Origin: Lepidodermella squamata
Taxonomy: Eukaryota > Animalia > Gastrotricha
Assembly: GCA_047495785.1 (NCBI GenBank)
Contig: JBLDXI010000009.1
Span: 5,208,001 to 5,272,000, forward strand
Length of the DNA: 64,000 nucleotides
Reading direction: 5' to 3'
In this document: positions 46,901-61,292 of the stretch, in pieces
How positions within the stretch are numbered: the stretch's first letter is position 1
How the letters are laid out: each line of letters opens with the position of its first letter
The notes under the pieces: model-generated
The model's input: only the letters and a program-made list of their open reading frames with translations
Told to the model about the DNA's origin: nothing
The model's database searches: none
Made by a program: the position numbers and the translations under genes

Positions 46901-49900
46901 CGCAGGCCCCCAGCGCCCGATGCGGATGGAGTACCTGGCCTACCTGAGGTATATTTATATTTCACAGCGGAACACACGTTTAAATTTTATTTATTTTTCC
47001 AATCAGATCATACACCAACCCCTTTTTTGCGCACTCATAATCAATACGCGCGACTTTTTTGAACATTTTTTTGTATGCGCGGATTAGGGCTTGCATTATG
47101 TTAAACAAAAAATAGAAATCCCGCATTGTAATGCGCACTCGGTTATGTTAATGCCGATTTTGCGGCTGCGGAATTAGTTATCCGCTGTTGTTATTGAGCC
47201 AAAAAGTAAAAGCCACCCACTGCCAACCGCTATCTATCTCGGTATAAATTTTTTCCAATCGCCGTTCTACTATTTTTGCGGAGCCTCTTGGAGTCAGCGA
47301 GACATGAACAGGTAATAAAAATAGCAATTGATTTGCCAAGTCAGTTGTGAGCGAACTTGACTCGACGTCTCATTTCCTCTATTGAATTACTTTTGATGTA
47401 ATCTATTAACCCAATCAGCTTTCAGCAATCAGGCAGTGAATCGCCTATGTAAGCTAGCCTGTACAGCTTGCGCGTTCATTATATTTTTTTTCGCCTGGTT
47501 ATTTTTGTATCTATCATTTTCATCTTTGGTTTATTTGGTTTATTTCAAAGCTCAAAGTTGTCATAATATATTATGCCTCCCTTCTCTAAGAGTTAAAGTC
47601 ATTCTGTTTTTTTTCCGTACAGGCTCAAGAACCTTCACCGGCAGGCGTACTCTGAGGAGACGGCGGCTGCCAACGCGAGCAACGCGGCTAGTAGTGCGAC
47701 GACACCACCTTCTGAGACGGCTGCGACGCGCCTTTCGAGCGGGGACGGCCAGGCGACCGGCATCACTGTTGGCCAGCCTGGAACTGGACCGCCTAATAAC
47801 GTCCAATTTTGGTGAGTTTTATAATTACTGCAACCATACAAGTAGTGTGTGCATGCGCTCGCCATTGATTGCAGCCCCTGTTATTTGTCCAGCATAGATT
47901 ATAAAATCAGCATAAAATTTATTGGTGTCCCCTAAGACCTCGAGTTATTAATTTTTGAAAGCAACCATTTTCATGGTCCTGTAATTTGATCGCCAGCTCC
48001 AGGGAGTCAACAATTTTGACAGAGACTAGGGTTTCATCCAGGTTCTTCCTGCAGGAAGTAAAACTCATCCAAGATGCTTACCTTAATGGCTTGATTTCTA
48101 CTAACTCTCAGATTTCAGTTGAATGGTGCTCTGACGTATTCAGGCATTCAGGAAATAGTTACAGCCTTAACACTACTCCTTTTCCGTAGCAAGATAATAC
48201 CAGAAAGCGTTTAGATGAATGCGGGGAGCTATTAAGAGGAAATGCCAAGAGCTGAGCTCACATTATTTGCGTAGCCGTACCTGGACTCTAACCAAAATTG
48301 ATCTAGATCTTTGTAGGGTTCCTCGATTTCCTTTCGACACTTCAGCTAAAAGCGCCATAAACCATAAACCGAACCTTATAGGTTGTCAGTTATCCATAGC
48401 TTCGTGTTGTATGACTTTCGCTACCGATTCATCGATTATGTTGCAAATCCATAAAAATACATAATCTACCTGCAGTTCTTTGATCATCTGCTGAAACACA
48501 GCGATTTTTTACAAGGGTCCAGAAAGCGCGAAGTGAGCTTTGGAAGGCGAATGGTTAGTTCAGCCGGTAAAAAGTTTCGCTTCTTAATTTTTGTAAAATT
48601 TGCTGAAAATCTTTGTGCCGAGCGTTGTCCAATCCGAATCGTCTCAAAGTTCGATTTCTTTGTAGCTTCATTTTGAAACTGAGCGTCAACCGAACTTTCA
48701 AGTTTCGAGAAATGTATCGTAAGGCTAGCTAGAGGATTGCGATTCCATATTCGGATATCTTATAAGGCAGCATTTTATTCAGATTTTAAGCTGGATCACT
48801 TTATCCTGAAATGATCAAAATACTTAAGCTGGGTGACTCGTACTTTGGGTACAGCAGGAAAGGGACCAGGTTCCCCATAATATGACTTTCTCAATAAATA
48901 TACAAGTATGAGACTTAGACTTCATTAGGTGCTAGCTGGAAGATGCATAACAAAAAATCAAATCCCCCTTCCTGAAAATCAAAATTCGTCGAAGCGATTT
49001 TTCCTCCAAGAAATGATGACATTTCCCCATCTTTTTGTGAATATAACAATGTATTTACTTATTTCATTTTTCTCAGGGTGCCACCTGCTGTTGCAAGCAA
49101 GCGACGCCCAATCCGCCATCAGACGTTCGATTTCGGATCGAATGACATGGGTGGAGATGGAGAAGACGGCGATGCTACGCTTTGGAGCTCGATGACCGGC
49201 GTGTCACCAGCATGTGAGTTCTACCACTATGAATGTTGACACAGAAAAAAAGCGCCGCGGTGCGACAATAAGCCGAATAAAAGTTGACGGCCAGGGCCGC
49301 TTGCGCATCGATCGGTTGGTGAAAAAACGCAGCATCACGTCGCTCGGTGCCACTCGAAAAATCGACGACGAGCGAGCGAGTGAGCGAGCGCCGGCATGCC
49401 ATTACGAACGCGCTCCTAATGAATAAAGGCCGCGTAGCGTAGGCGCACTCGAGCGATATTGCGCTCTCGTTATTACTGCTCGCTGCGATTAGTCGCTGCT
49501 CGCTCGCAACAGCGCAGAGAGCGCTGCAGCAGCGCTCAGATTAGGCAGTGACTAGTCCCGCGCGCTGCTGGCGGCTAAGACGGCGCCGCGAGCAGACGCG
49601 CCGCCACAAGTAGCAGCGCCGCGCCATTATGATGTAATGCATGTAATCACACGATCGCAATGTTGTTTTTTTGCGCCTCGCCTCGCTCGCTAACGCCGCC
49701 AAATGTCATTATTCGATTCGCCTCGGCGGCGGAAACATTGTTGCTGCTAATGCGCGCGCTCGCTCCGCTGCATCCGTCTCGCTGCTGTGTCATTTCTCTC
49801 TCTCTCTCGCTCTCTCTATCCATCCGTGTGTGTATATCGACTATCTCTTTATCTCGTTCTTCCCCTCTGCCCTCTAAATAGCCATGGACCTGTTTAAGCG

Positions 49901-51907
49901 ATTCACGGAGAAAACCGTCGAGGTTAAGAACAAACTGCTCGGCGCAGAGGCGCTCAACTCCCTGACCAGCGCCGTCGGCTCAGTCACCCTGGGTGATGGG
50001 CCCCAGCAGTCACCAGTCACTCAACAGAACTCCAACGGTCCAGGTGGGGGCAGCTTAGGGTCATCGGTTTCTTCCGCCTTCTCTTCATTCACCAACCACA
50101 ACACAACGCAATCAGGCACGGGTTTGCCATAATTCCAGCAATTTTTCAACAATTTCATATATTTATGACTTTATTTCAGACCTCAACGCCTCGCTGAATG
50201 CCGGTGAAACGCCACCTGTTGTTATTCCAGTATTATCGTCTAAAAGTATGCTGGACTCTTTTTCGGTTGGAAACTTCTTCATGTTTACTTTTACGCCTCA
50301 ACTTAGGTGCAGCTGGCAAGAAAGGTCTATCAATGCACCAAGCAATCGATTTCCGTAAAATAAACACCAACCTGTACGATGGAGAGCGTAAGGTAATAAC
50401 AAAATTGATCTTCCAAGATTTTGGTTCTAAATTCTGTGGTGAACGCCAATTTTTGTCCATCGGCCTTATTATTTGCTACAAGGGGTGTACCCTCCAATTC
50501 AGACCCCAGGGACAGCTGTTGTCTGGATCGTTTTTTCCTCTGGCTAGACTTCAGCTCGCATTTTTTTGACAAAGAGTATAATTCAAGTTAGCATAAATTT
50601 TGCATTAAGACGTTTTTTATGGCATCCATTCACTTTCGCCAACAATTATGTAAAATTGTAGGAGCTGCATGCTGATCGATTTTTTGTAGCTTGAAGATTT
50701 CACTCTCGTTTCCTGCAGCCTGGTTTTTTGAATAAGGATGACTATTCCTAATTCCCAGTAGGGATTATTAGCCTAATCGAGGCTTCTGCGTGTTACCCAA
50801 ATTCAGGATATATCGATTGGCAATAAGTGCAAACTATAGCAACAGTTTCAGACGAATAATTCAAAATTTGCCCTTCTTTTCCTGAGAAGCTAATCTTACT
50901 CGAAATCGGTGATCATAAATGAAAATAATGAAATCAGGAGGTCTGAGGAAAAGGAGAACGCATTTTTCCGAAGATTTTGATGTGCTAACTTGCCCTTAAT
51001 TTTTCAGCGTATGCCTACGGTCCAGCAGTCCAACGTAGATGTAGAAACAGCTGGTGACGACGATGTCGGTACGGTGAAGCTCGTTTTCGAGTACCAGCGC
51101 GCGAACGGCATATTCGTAGTCACCGTAGTCGGCATAACCGGCCTGCCTGCACCTAGCGACGGCTCACTGACCGCATGGGACGCCTTCTGCCACGTGCAAC
51201 TGCTGCCGGACAAGCGCGTGATCGCGACCAAAGTGGCGCGCGCCTCGCTCAACCCCGACTTCCACGAGCAGATCATGTTCGACGTGGCGGACGCGGATGA
51301 TTTACCGAATCGTATCCTAGAGCTAGCAGTCGCACATCGCGATCAATCAGCAACCGGTTGGCCGATCGGCTTCTTAAGACTAGCCCTCAACGATTGGGCT
51401 GATGCTTTGATCTCACGCCCCGGGCCGTTGGAAGTCTACCGGCCGTTGAGTAGCCCGGATAAGAAGGAAGGAGGCGCTGGTCCGTTGGGAGGGGCTATCC
51501 TCATTTCAGTATCCTACCTCGCAACAGCGAAACGTTTGACCGTCTACGCACATGAGGCCAAGTCGTTACGCTTCGCTGAATCGGAACCTCCATCAGTCGA
51601 CGGCTCGCTAAGAGTCTCTCTACTCATCGACGGCAAGAAAACGAAAAAGCGTAAAACCGCTGCGCAACACGGGACGGCTATTGTTTGGAACGAAGCGATC
51701 ACTTTTACGGATATTTCTGCGGACGTAATAAGCCAGGGCCGGCTTCAAGCTATTGACGTTGAAGTCGCGCATGAGACGCTGCTAGGCGACAAACCGCTCG
51801 GTCACCTTGTGCTAGGGCCGAACGGCGTCTCGTCGGCTCAAGCGCATTGGCAAGCGTTCCGCGCCGGTGACGACACGCCTCGTTGGCATCGTTTACGCTT
51901 CGGTTAA
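43909..51907 (+). CDS. Synaptotagmin-like tandem C2-domain protein with no TM helix and alternative first exons
   Basis: Last exon 51008-51907 encodes C2A and C2B (TKVARASLNPDF; SVSYLATAKRLTV..KKTKKRKT..WNE..AHW..RWHRL). Phase-compatible exons 47623-47811, 49077-49213, 50180-50245, 50307-50392. Candidate first exons at 43909, 46920, 47304, 49884. Confidence 0.8.
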
Positions 51908-52649
51908 TTCGAAACGGATCCAGCACTAAATTTAAGTGGTCCAACACTCTTTAATTCACATCTTTTGAGCCCTGGTCCAAAGTCAGGTTCCGTATTGAAT
52001 TTCTAGTCAGGAATGGAAACATTTGAAAAATCAGTGCTGCTACCCGGGAATTAGTGCTGGAGTCTTGGAAAACCTTCGAAAAAGATGAATCGACGAAGTC
52101 TAGTCCTGCGAATCTTCTAGCTGTGTTTTTTTGCTGTCTGAATTCTGTCGCTGTGTTAATCTTCTTTTTCTTCTTGATTCTTGACAAATTACGTGCGCTG
52201 TTTTTCTCCGCCTGTTGCATCTCAAGTGTACATTTCACGCCGTTCCATTTCTAATTCTATCTCTGAAAACTGTTACCATTATTATTTAAATTTCATTGTT
52301 ATTTACTATCTTAATTGATGTATCTATTCATTCAACATTCAAAATCCACGATGACCGGCCAAAGATCGATCCAACAAAGTGTAATAATAATTCTAATAAA
52401 AGTAAAGGAACTCGCAATTTTTGTTAATGAAATTGAGTTTCCATTGAGCTTCGTTTCATCGACTAATCTCTGCAAGATTGCCGACGGCTGTCATCAGAAT
52501 TTGTAAATACACCCCTGCAATGATGAGATCAATAATTTCCACGCAGTTCACGGAAATCTTGACCGTGACAGTCCGTTGAATAATGTCAATCCGCTTTTGC
52601 ATACTTGATTTCGATTTTCGATCACTTGTCGGCGGTGCATGTTTGTCTT

Positions 52650-53150
52650 CTAGGTAAAATGGGCGAAAAATATGCCAATATCTGGGGTGCATTGCTTCAG
52701 GGCATCGCTAATTGTAGAATAGAATTGATCGTGCCTCTCGGAAGTAACATCCTAAAGTGGTACAGAATCCCGGATGCTTTTTGTAACCTGATTAAGGGCG
52801 CAAAGACTCGAATCAATAGCTAGCGGCTTATATCGCATAAATATGCGAAAGTAATTCGCCTAATACCCACAGCTTACTGTGACCCATTTCCTAATAGACT
52901 GGACGAGAAAATTGCTCAAGGTAGGAAATTCATAGGAAACACGAGGCAGAATCAGACTTCATAGAACAGATTGAATGTCACTCCATTTTTCATCGACAAG
53001 GGCTTTTAGCTCCTCAAGCAATTAGCGGATTGCTTTCCCCTTCAGCTCAGGACTACAGTGGATTTCTTTCCCTTTCATTTAAATTGGGCTAGGATGCCTG
53101 GATTTCGGATCTGTCAAGGCATAACAACGTAACAAACGTGGTTTATTATT
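52650..53150 (+). mobile_element. Highly decayed Gypsy-like pol fragment
   Basis: Weak RT-like remnants across frames (PQLTV/DPFP..LDEKIAQ; KGLLAPQAISGLLS); many stops. Confidence 0.3.
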
Positions 53151-54085
53151 AGCAATGTTGTTAGCTTCAAAACTTTGGTAATAATATGCAACGCATCAGT
53201 ACAAAGTTAGCAGCCACTTCTTCATTTAAGACATGAATCAAGTCACCATCATTCTCATTTTATATATTATTCAGAGAATGCAAATATAGGCTATAGACAA
53301 TAGCTGTAGAAAACGAATCGTCAGTTCCGTGATCGAATAACACCGAAACGGTTGAATATAGGATGTTAGAAGATATTTAGAGTAGAAAAACGCTAAGACA
53401 TTATGGCAAAAAACCAACGCGGAACTTAAGAAGAGAAGGCCACGACGTAACGGGATGCACATTCATCACGACCGGGCTACGGCGGTCCATTTACGACATG
53501 TGAATGCAGAATCTTCAACAATGGCGATGATCAAATGTTCGCTTGGTGCGCTTGGTGGAAGCTACATCCTCCGATCGGGATTCAAGATTAAAGATCGATT
53601 CAGGAATCCACAGTAGAGTAAAAACTGTCCTCATACGTCCATATTAGAAAAGCACTCCCCCATCTGGAAAAGCGACTAGAGTCCTCATAGCAACGTTTCC
53701 ATTCCGTTAGAAAAGTGCATGATCACGAAAGGAATTGGGAAACCAAAGCATCCATCCAAACTTCCAACCATTAATCAGCTATTAATCTGATGTTTGATTT
53801 TAGCCTTTTGATCAAGCATCTCATTCTGATTTATAGTGCACGGAGCAGACCCGCTGCGGCAAGTAACCACGACGGGCAAATAAACTGAGAAGACACGTTC
53901 AAGAGAAGCGAGGCGTGAAGCACGGCGCCGGTCTGCGCGGGCCTTGCATAAAGAAGAAAACCGGCCACGCGCGGGCAAGGGCCGGCGCCGCTAGGCTCAA
54001 AGGTGACACAACTACGACGGATACACGACAAAAAATGGGCACACGGCGGCTCAAATAAACTTTGAAGAGAGAATGATGTATCAAG

Positions 54086-55537
54086 TCACCCCCGATGCGC
54101 ATTGCCAGCCAGTGTCCACGCCGTTAGCATTTCGACCGGCAGCGGGAATACAATGGTCGAGTTCTTCTCGGCCGCGATGTCGTGCAGGGTCTGCAGGTAA
54201 CGCAGCTGGAGAGCGGTGGGCGAGTCGGACATGATATCGGCGGCTTCCTTCAACGCCTTCGATGACTTCTGCTCACCCTCAGCGGCAATGACCTTAGCAC
54301 GGGCTTCTCGGTTAGCTTCAGCCTAAAAACAAAGAGAGGTGTTTTAATATTCCCGAAAATAAGGGTCTAATCGATTGTGCAAACCTCTGCAGCCATGGCA
54401 CGTTGCATGGAAACTGGCAAACGAACATCGCGAACCTCCACTCTCTCCACCTTCACGCCCCTAGAGAATAAGATAAACGTGAGAGTTAAGCTATCCCAAA
54501 ATCACTAAATAGATTGTCATTTAGTCCCTTTTTGTGATTATTGAGGGAAGATTTCAAATCCGACAAATCATTGAGAAGGAGTCTCAAAAATTACATAATT
54601 TGGCTCATATCCAAGTTTTAGAAACTGCTTACCAAGGTTCTGTGGCGTCATCAAGCATATTGCCAAGCATTTGCGAGATGTTTTCTCGATCCGACAGGAT
54701 CTCAGCGAGGGTCTTGGTACCCAATACTGTTCTCAAGGTAGTAGCTGCTAGAAGTTGAGTCGACCTCTGATAATCCTCAATGTTGGTAATTGCAACACAG
54801 GCATCAACAACACGGTAATAAATAACAGCATCGACAGCTACTGTGACCGAATCACGGGTCAGAATCTCCTGAGGAGGTACGTCCCAAGACTTGGTTCGCA
54901 AATCGACACACGTGAAACGATCCATGCAGGGGAGGATGAAGAACATACCGGGGCCTTTCGCACCACCGGGTGACAGCCGACCGAGTCGGAAAATTACGGC
55001 TCTTTCGTACTCCTGGACTACTTTGATTGTGAAGAATAGGGAGAAGGGTAGGGTTAGTATGAAGATGATGACCGATAAGAAGGCGAGGGCACCTTCGCAA
55101 CAACAGGCGGATCCCGAGGACCGGTTTTCGTTTTCATTAATCCGGTAACCAATGCCAGGGGCCTGGGCGTGGTTGCCAGGAGGCATCGTGTTGTTCCTGG
55201 CCACGGACCTCATTTGGATTTCAGCGACTGAGTTGCTCATCTGGTTGATGTTGTTGTTGTGAGGGGTCTCTAGTGAGTTGAGTTGTGCGGCGAGGGGTGA
55301 CGGGCGCAGGCGGGCGACAGGCGGCGGCCGGGGGCCAGTGGCTTGCACGACGGTCTGCGGCGAGGACGAAGCCGAACTGGAGTCGGACGAGGACGAACTG
55401 GAGGTTGAAACTCGACGTCGGTTATTCGAGTCTTGCGGCTCAGCGAGATTGGTAAAAGCAGTGGCGGTATCTGCTGAATGCTGATTGCTACTGCTGCGAC
55501 TTGTGGCCGGAATTTTGTCTGAATTCCAGCGCTCTTT
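54086..55537 (-). CDS. Stomatin/band-7 (SPFH) protein A; exons 55537-54633, 54460-54385, 54322-54086; start uncertain
   Basis: [87 protein letters not shown]. Confidence 0.92.
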
Positions 55538-57203
55538 CTAACAAATCACGGTGTCACTTGAATAAACAATCAAGCCTATGTATGCATAAAAACAAGTAAG
55601 AAGGAGTTTTTTCGGTAAGGCGATTTAGCTTCGATGCATAACAAATCGATGCGGCCGCGGGGCCTGCGTCACGCGAAGTTTACTCAACGGCCCAGCACGC
55701 GCCTATTAATTGGGCCCAATTAAAAGCAAAAAACGTTCCAGTGCATAGTCAGGTGCGTCTGAAGCGCCCGGGCGCGGTTGCAATTAGTGAATAATCTCCA
55801 CCAAAATCGCCGATGGGAGCCGCGGCAACCTAGGAGTCATCCATGCCCGACAGTATTCGCCCCAACATTACTTTTTAATGATTCAGATGTCGGAGCGAGA
55901 AAACCCCCTCTTAAATCTCGGATTATCCACCGCCCTGCCGTATTCCTATCTTAAATGTGTAAAAGTATAATCAAAAGTATATGTCGTCACTGAAAAGCTT
56001 CAATTTGTATCAGGTTTTCGGCAAAGCCGCACATGGATTTCGCCAAGCCAAGAATTCCGGATTCCTTAAGATATCCAGAGACACGAATGGGATATAAAGA
56101 TCAAGAATTCAGATCCCATTCAGAAGAGTTCAAAACAAAAATTTCAAGAATCAGAGTACATAATTTTCCCCGAAATACGTCGAATCTCAGATGGTTTATG
56201 AGAAATTAATCAGATACCCAAAGTGATTGAATATTTTTTTACTATGTAGCTTCCTTCAGGGTAATACGAATCGACTAAAAAAGGTGTGAGATTCAGCTTG
56301 CAAATGTAACAAAATTAGGCCAATAGCACGTCCTAGTTTGTCCGAAAATCTTAAGATGCGTAAATCTTGTATTTTCAAGTATTAAAAATTCGAAAACGTA
56401 ACGTACAGGAAGTTGTTGAAAGCAATATCAGGCTCTGTGTTAAAGGAAAATATTGCAATATAAAAAAACGTGTTGTTAAGTCGATGCAATTTAGGAATTA
56501 AATAATGTGCGTGCGCGCCATGATGCTGATGTAAAAAGCTTAGGCAAAATTCAGCGGGCGCGATTAGCAGCCTGTCGTCGTCATCGAGAGGCGCACAGGT
56601 AGAGACGCGCAGTCAGTGAGCGAGTGAGTGTCGCTGCCGCGGAATCGATCCGCGTCGGCAGCAGCAATAAAAACGCCAGTTCGCCTTTTTTCTTCCCCTG
56701 CGCTGCGCCGCTGAGAGCTGCAATCAATCAATGGCGCATGCGAGGCTAATATAAATGTAATAAATACTCGCCAGAGCATCCACCTGTGATTTGTCTCACA
56801 GGCGCACTCTAAAAACCCAGTCTCCGGCGGCATTCCGCAGAGCGAACAAAAAACCGAGAATTGCGGCCCATCGATTCGCGCAAAGCTCTTCTGGGTACGA
56901 CGCTAAGGTAAACACTCGCTGGGTAAACTCCGTGGACCTGGCAGCAACTATCCACCTACGGCCTGCGGAAAAATCAGCGCCGCTAAAGTGAAAGGACTGA
57001 CACGATTCGTTGCTTTATTACGGCACAAGCGAAAAAATTGTTTGACAACATGAATTAAACATGAAATTATAACACAATTTTTCACACGACGTTAAACCTG
57101 GAATACCGGAAAAATTAGTATCATAAAAATCACACCAGTGTAATCCAATGAGACGCTATAAATTTGAACACGTTTGTCATTGAGTGCATCGTTATTCTGG
57201 CTT

Positions 57204-59079
57204 CTACTCGTTGATGATTGGTAGCATTTTACCAGGTGGGGGTGGCAATTCGATGTCGCGGTGGACATTTCTGGACGGCAGCCAAGCTGTTAACATTTCG
57301 ACCGGTAGCGGGAATACAATGGTTGAGTTCTTCTCCGCGGCGATGTCGTGCAGGGTTTGCAAGTAGCGGAGTTGCAGGGCGGTTGGCGAGTCGGCCATAA
57401 CGATGGCTGCTTCTTTGAGGGCACGGGAGGCTTTTTGCTCACCCTCAGCGGCAATGACCTTGGCGCGGGCCTCACGGTTAGCTTCAGCCTAAAAATGACT
57501 GCTATATAGCAGGTTTTGGCAAAAACCCTAATTCCTCACCTCAGCAGCCATAGCTCGCTGCATCTGCACAGGTAGACGGACGTCCTTAACTTCAACGCGC
57601 TCGACTTTCACTCCCCTGAATGAAAGAGTCCGAAAAAGTTAGTACCGAGTCACATAATTTACTAAGAGATTGGATAAGTCATGATACATCAAACGAATCA
57701 GAAATAAGGCAGTACCAGAATCCACCTAAATATCGAACCGCTCTCTGACAGTTTCCAACTATGAATTAAATTTATCCGCAGCGCAAATCTAATTATCAGC
57801 TAACATCGAATGTAAAAGTTGTGATATAATTTGATTATCTAGTGAAATCTTAATAGTGAGGTGTGATGAACCGAGCGGAATACTTATCGGCTATTAAAAA
57901 CTTGAATCAAATTACTCACCATGGTTCAGTAGCCTCTAAAAACCGAGAAAAAATCGTTCAGGAGATGAGAATGCAATTTTAATAGAACTCACCGTCAAGC
58001 ATGCGGCCAATGATGTGTGAAATCGATTCACGGTCCGACAGAATCTCAGCCAGGGTTTTCGTACCAAGAACAGTTCGCAGCGTAGTAGCGGCCAGTAAAT
58101 GAGTTGACCTTTGGTAGTCTTCAACGTTCGTAATCGCAACAGCCGCGTCGCGAATTCGGTAGTAAACAACAGCATCGACAGCCACGGTAACTGAGTCGCG
58201 TGTCAAGATTTCCTGGGGCGGAACGTCCCAAGATTTTGTACGCAAATCAATGCAGCGGTACTGGTCGATGCACGGCAAGATGAAGAACATGCCCGGGCCA
58301 GTGGCGCCACTGCTGCCAATACGACCGAGCCTGAAGATGACGGCTCGTTCGTACTCCTGAACGACCTTGATGGTGAAGAACAGTGAAAACGGTAGTGTCA
58401 GGATGAAAATTATAAGCGCTGTTAGTTCGAGCAGCAACTCGCAGCATTTTGCTGAGCCCTTCGACGGCGCGATGCTCATGCGATAGGCGGGGTTGACCTG
58501 AGTCCCGGAGTAACCACCCGCAGCCACTGAGTTATTGCCAGCATTACTCGCATTACGCTGGCTCATCTGAACGCCGGTCGACATGACTTCGACTTCTTGT
58601 TCTACTTCCTCACCTGAGGATGATGCGACGGCTGTAAAAAGGGGGTAAACAGGTGATAAAAATCAAAATGATGCACGTTTTAGTGAAATAAAAACAAGCT
58701 TGTCCCGGGCCAAATCCATTAGTCGTCTTTTTTCTCGAGAGTCGGCGAAAAAACGCGAATGCTCGAGTGGTGATCTTATCGCTAATTGATTCATCAACGC
58801 ACCTGATTGTTCAGGCAATGCCACGTTCTCGCTCTCACGTCGGCTCATCGACTTGAGCGGCGGCAGCTTCAGTGCAAAAGGCGGCTGTTGGTGCGAGAGC
58901 TGCACGGGCGGGGTGAAAACGAGCGACGGCGTGCTGAGCCGTTGGCCCTCCAGATGGCTGTAGTCTACATCGGCAAAACTGTATGCTGTAGGGGTGGAGA
59001 GATGAGACAGGTTGGCCGATCGGAAACTGATCGCGCTTAGAGGCGGTGTTCCCAGGCCATACCTGCTAATGTGGGCCAT
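57204..59079 (-). CDS. Stomatin/band-7 protein B; exons 59079-58803, 58631-57993, 57935-57920, 57615-57540, 57488-57204
   Basis: Same stomatin motifs; all junctions GT-AG and in phase, including a 16-nt microexon. Confidence 0.92.
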
Positions 59080-59726
59080 GATTCCTCAAAGTTAAGGCTA
59101 CTACATCGTCCGCCCTAAACGCGAGCGTGAATGAAGCTAATTCGATAAGACAAACTCGCCTACGCTCACACCTGTCAATTGAATTACAGTATAAATAGGA
59201 TTGACTGGCGTTTGACAAAAAGTGACAAGTTCTCTCAACAACAACGTGTGTTTATTCGTTAAGCCAGAATAACATAAAAAGGTCACAGGCAACTTCAGAC
59301 GTTATACTGCTGCCCAGACGTCGTGCAATGTCGACAAGTTTAGAAGTGCCACTCAGAACTGACCAATTTTTAACGGCACAGACAATATATACAACGACAC
59401 CGAAGCAAAAAATGATCCAGATACTTAGAGGGTTGTTGAACGAATCTTGAATGGGACTTAACGAATCTTATGGTTTGGTTTTTACAGTGATTATTTTGCT
59501 CCATCCTTAGGAATTCCAACTAGGATATACCGGCCATTTCTCGAAGTTTGAATCCTAAATTCTATACTTATATCGTCAATTATACGCAGGATCAGGCGCA
59601 CCCCAATTTTGCGGTTTTCTACTCACTACAGAAATAAAACAAAAGTAACGGAAACTAAGAAATTTACAAGCTGAGGTAAATGAAGTGAATATAGAGGAAA
59701 AGCTAAATGCGTGTGCAATTTCGAAA

Positions 59727-61221
59727 TCAAGACGTCGGGCCAGGTGGAGCAAGCTGAGCAGGCGGAGGTGGCTGGGCAGCCTGAGGTGGCGGAGCATACT
59801 GAGCAGCCTGAGGTGGCGGAGCATACTGAACTGGCGGCGCGTACTGAACAGGCTGAGCAGGCACGCTCGCATTCATCGCAATGGCCCGAGCTGCCGATAA
59901 CATTTCAATCGGCAGTGGGAAAATGATCGTCGAGTTCTTCTCAGCCGCGATTTCGTGAAGAGTTTGCAGATAGCGCAGTTGCAGCGCATGCGGACTTTCA
60001 GCCATGATCATTGCCGCGTTTTTAAGTGCGACTGACGCTTTCTGCTCGCCCTCAGCCGCAATCACCTTAGCTCGGGCGACTCGGTTAGCCTCGGCCTAAA
60101 AATACAGTTTAAATGCTAAACTTGACGTAGTCGTCTCAATCTTACCTCAGCAGCCATCGCTCGCTGCATTTGAACGGGAAGTCTGACATCCTTGACCTCA
60201 ACCCGCTCAACCTTGACGCCCCACGGTTCCGTCGCATCGTCCAGCATACGGCCAACGTTTTGCGAGATGCCCTCTCGGTCGGCCAAAATTTCAGCCAGCG
60301 ACTTCATGCCCAGTACAGTTCTCAGCATCGAAGCTGCTAAGAGGTGGGTCGATCGTTGATAATCTTCAACCTGGGTGATTGCAACGCAAGCATCCCTGAG
60401 AAAATTATAAGACCAATTTATCACATAATTTGAGCTGTGGCCTACCGAATTCTGTAGTAAACTACTACATCCACTGCAACTGTAACAGAATCGCGTGTTA
60501 AAATTTCTTGCGGTGGAACATCGTAGGTTTTCGTTCGCAGATCAATGGACGTGAAGCGATCCATGCATGGTAGGATGAAGAACAAGCCAGGACCTTTCGC
60601 ACCTCCGCGGGACAAGCGCCCCAAGCGAAAAATAACAGCCCTTTCGTACTCCTGAACCACTTTGATGGTGAAGAAGAGCGAAAATGGCAGGGTTAGTACG
60701 AATGTGAATAGCGAGATGCTGAGAAGGATGTGCTCACAGCACCCTGCTTTCTTTTGCGGGCGGTTTCGAAGTAGTGATGTTGGGTCTACAACGACCGGCT
60801 CGCGCATTGTGACGCGCGGAATGGGTTCCATGTCAACGTTGTTGGTCGAGTTTCTAGACGGTGTTGGAGCTGAAATTATGATACTAGGAGGTGCAATGTA
60901 TGACACGCTCGGCTCGACAGGTTCGGCTGTTGAAGATGTGGATAGCGGCTGGAAAGATGCGGAAGTTCCGGCTCCGGATGGCAGAGAGTTTTGAAGGGAC
61001 AGGCGCTGTTTCAACTGGTGCAGACTCGGCGAAACTGGCTGGCTGAGCGGCTTCGAAGTGTCCGAAAACAGCAGACTCACTTGCGCCAAATCTCTTCCCG
61101 TTTCGGCCTCCGTTTTTGCGGCTTGATCAACACACAAAATCCTGTCTGACGCCTGAGTGGCTCAGCCCCCGTTCTCGCCTCACCTTTGAGCCTGATTCGC
61201 ACTGACAACTATGACAGGCAT
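59727..61221 (-). CDS. Stomatin/band-7 protein C; exons 61221-61184, 61141-60446, 60395-60146, 60095-59727
   Basis: Same stomatin motifs; C-terminal QYAPPPQAA repeats. The first exon [12 protein letters not shown] joins in phase across a 42-nt intron. Confidence 0.9.
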
Positions 61222-61292
61222 GGCTAATTAGCAAAACACACTCGGATCACAAGTTGCGATTTATTTGTATCGAAAAACAGAGATTAATCACA

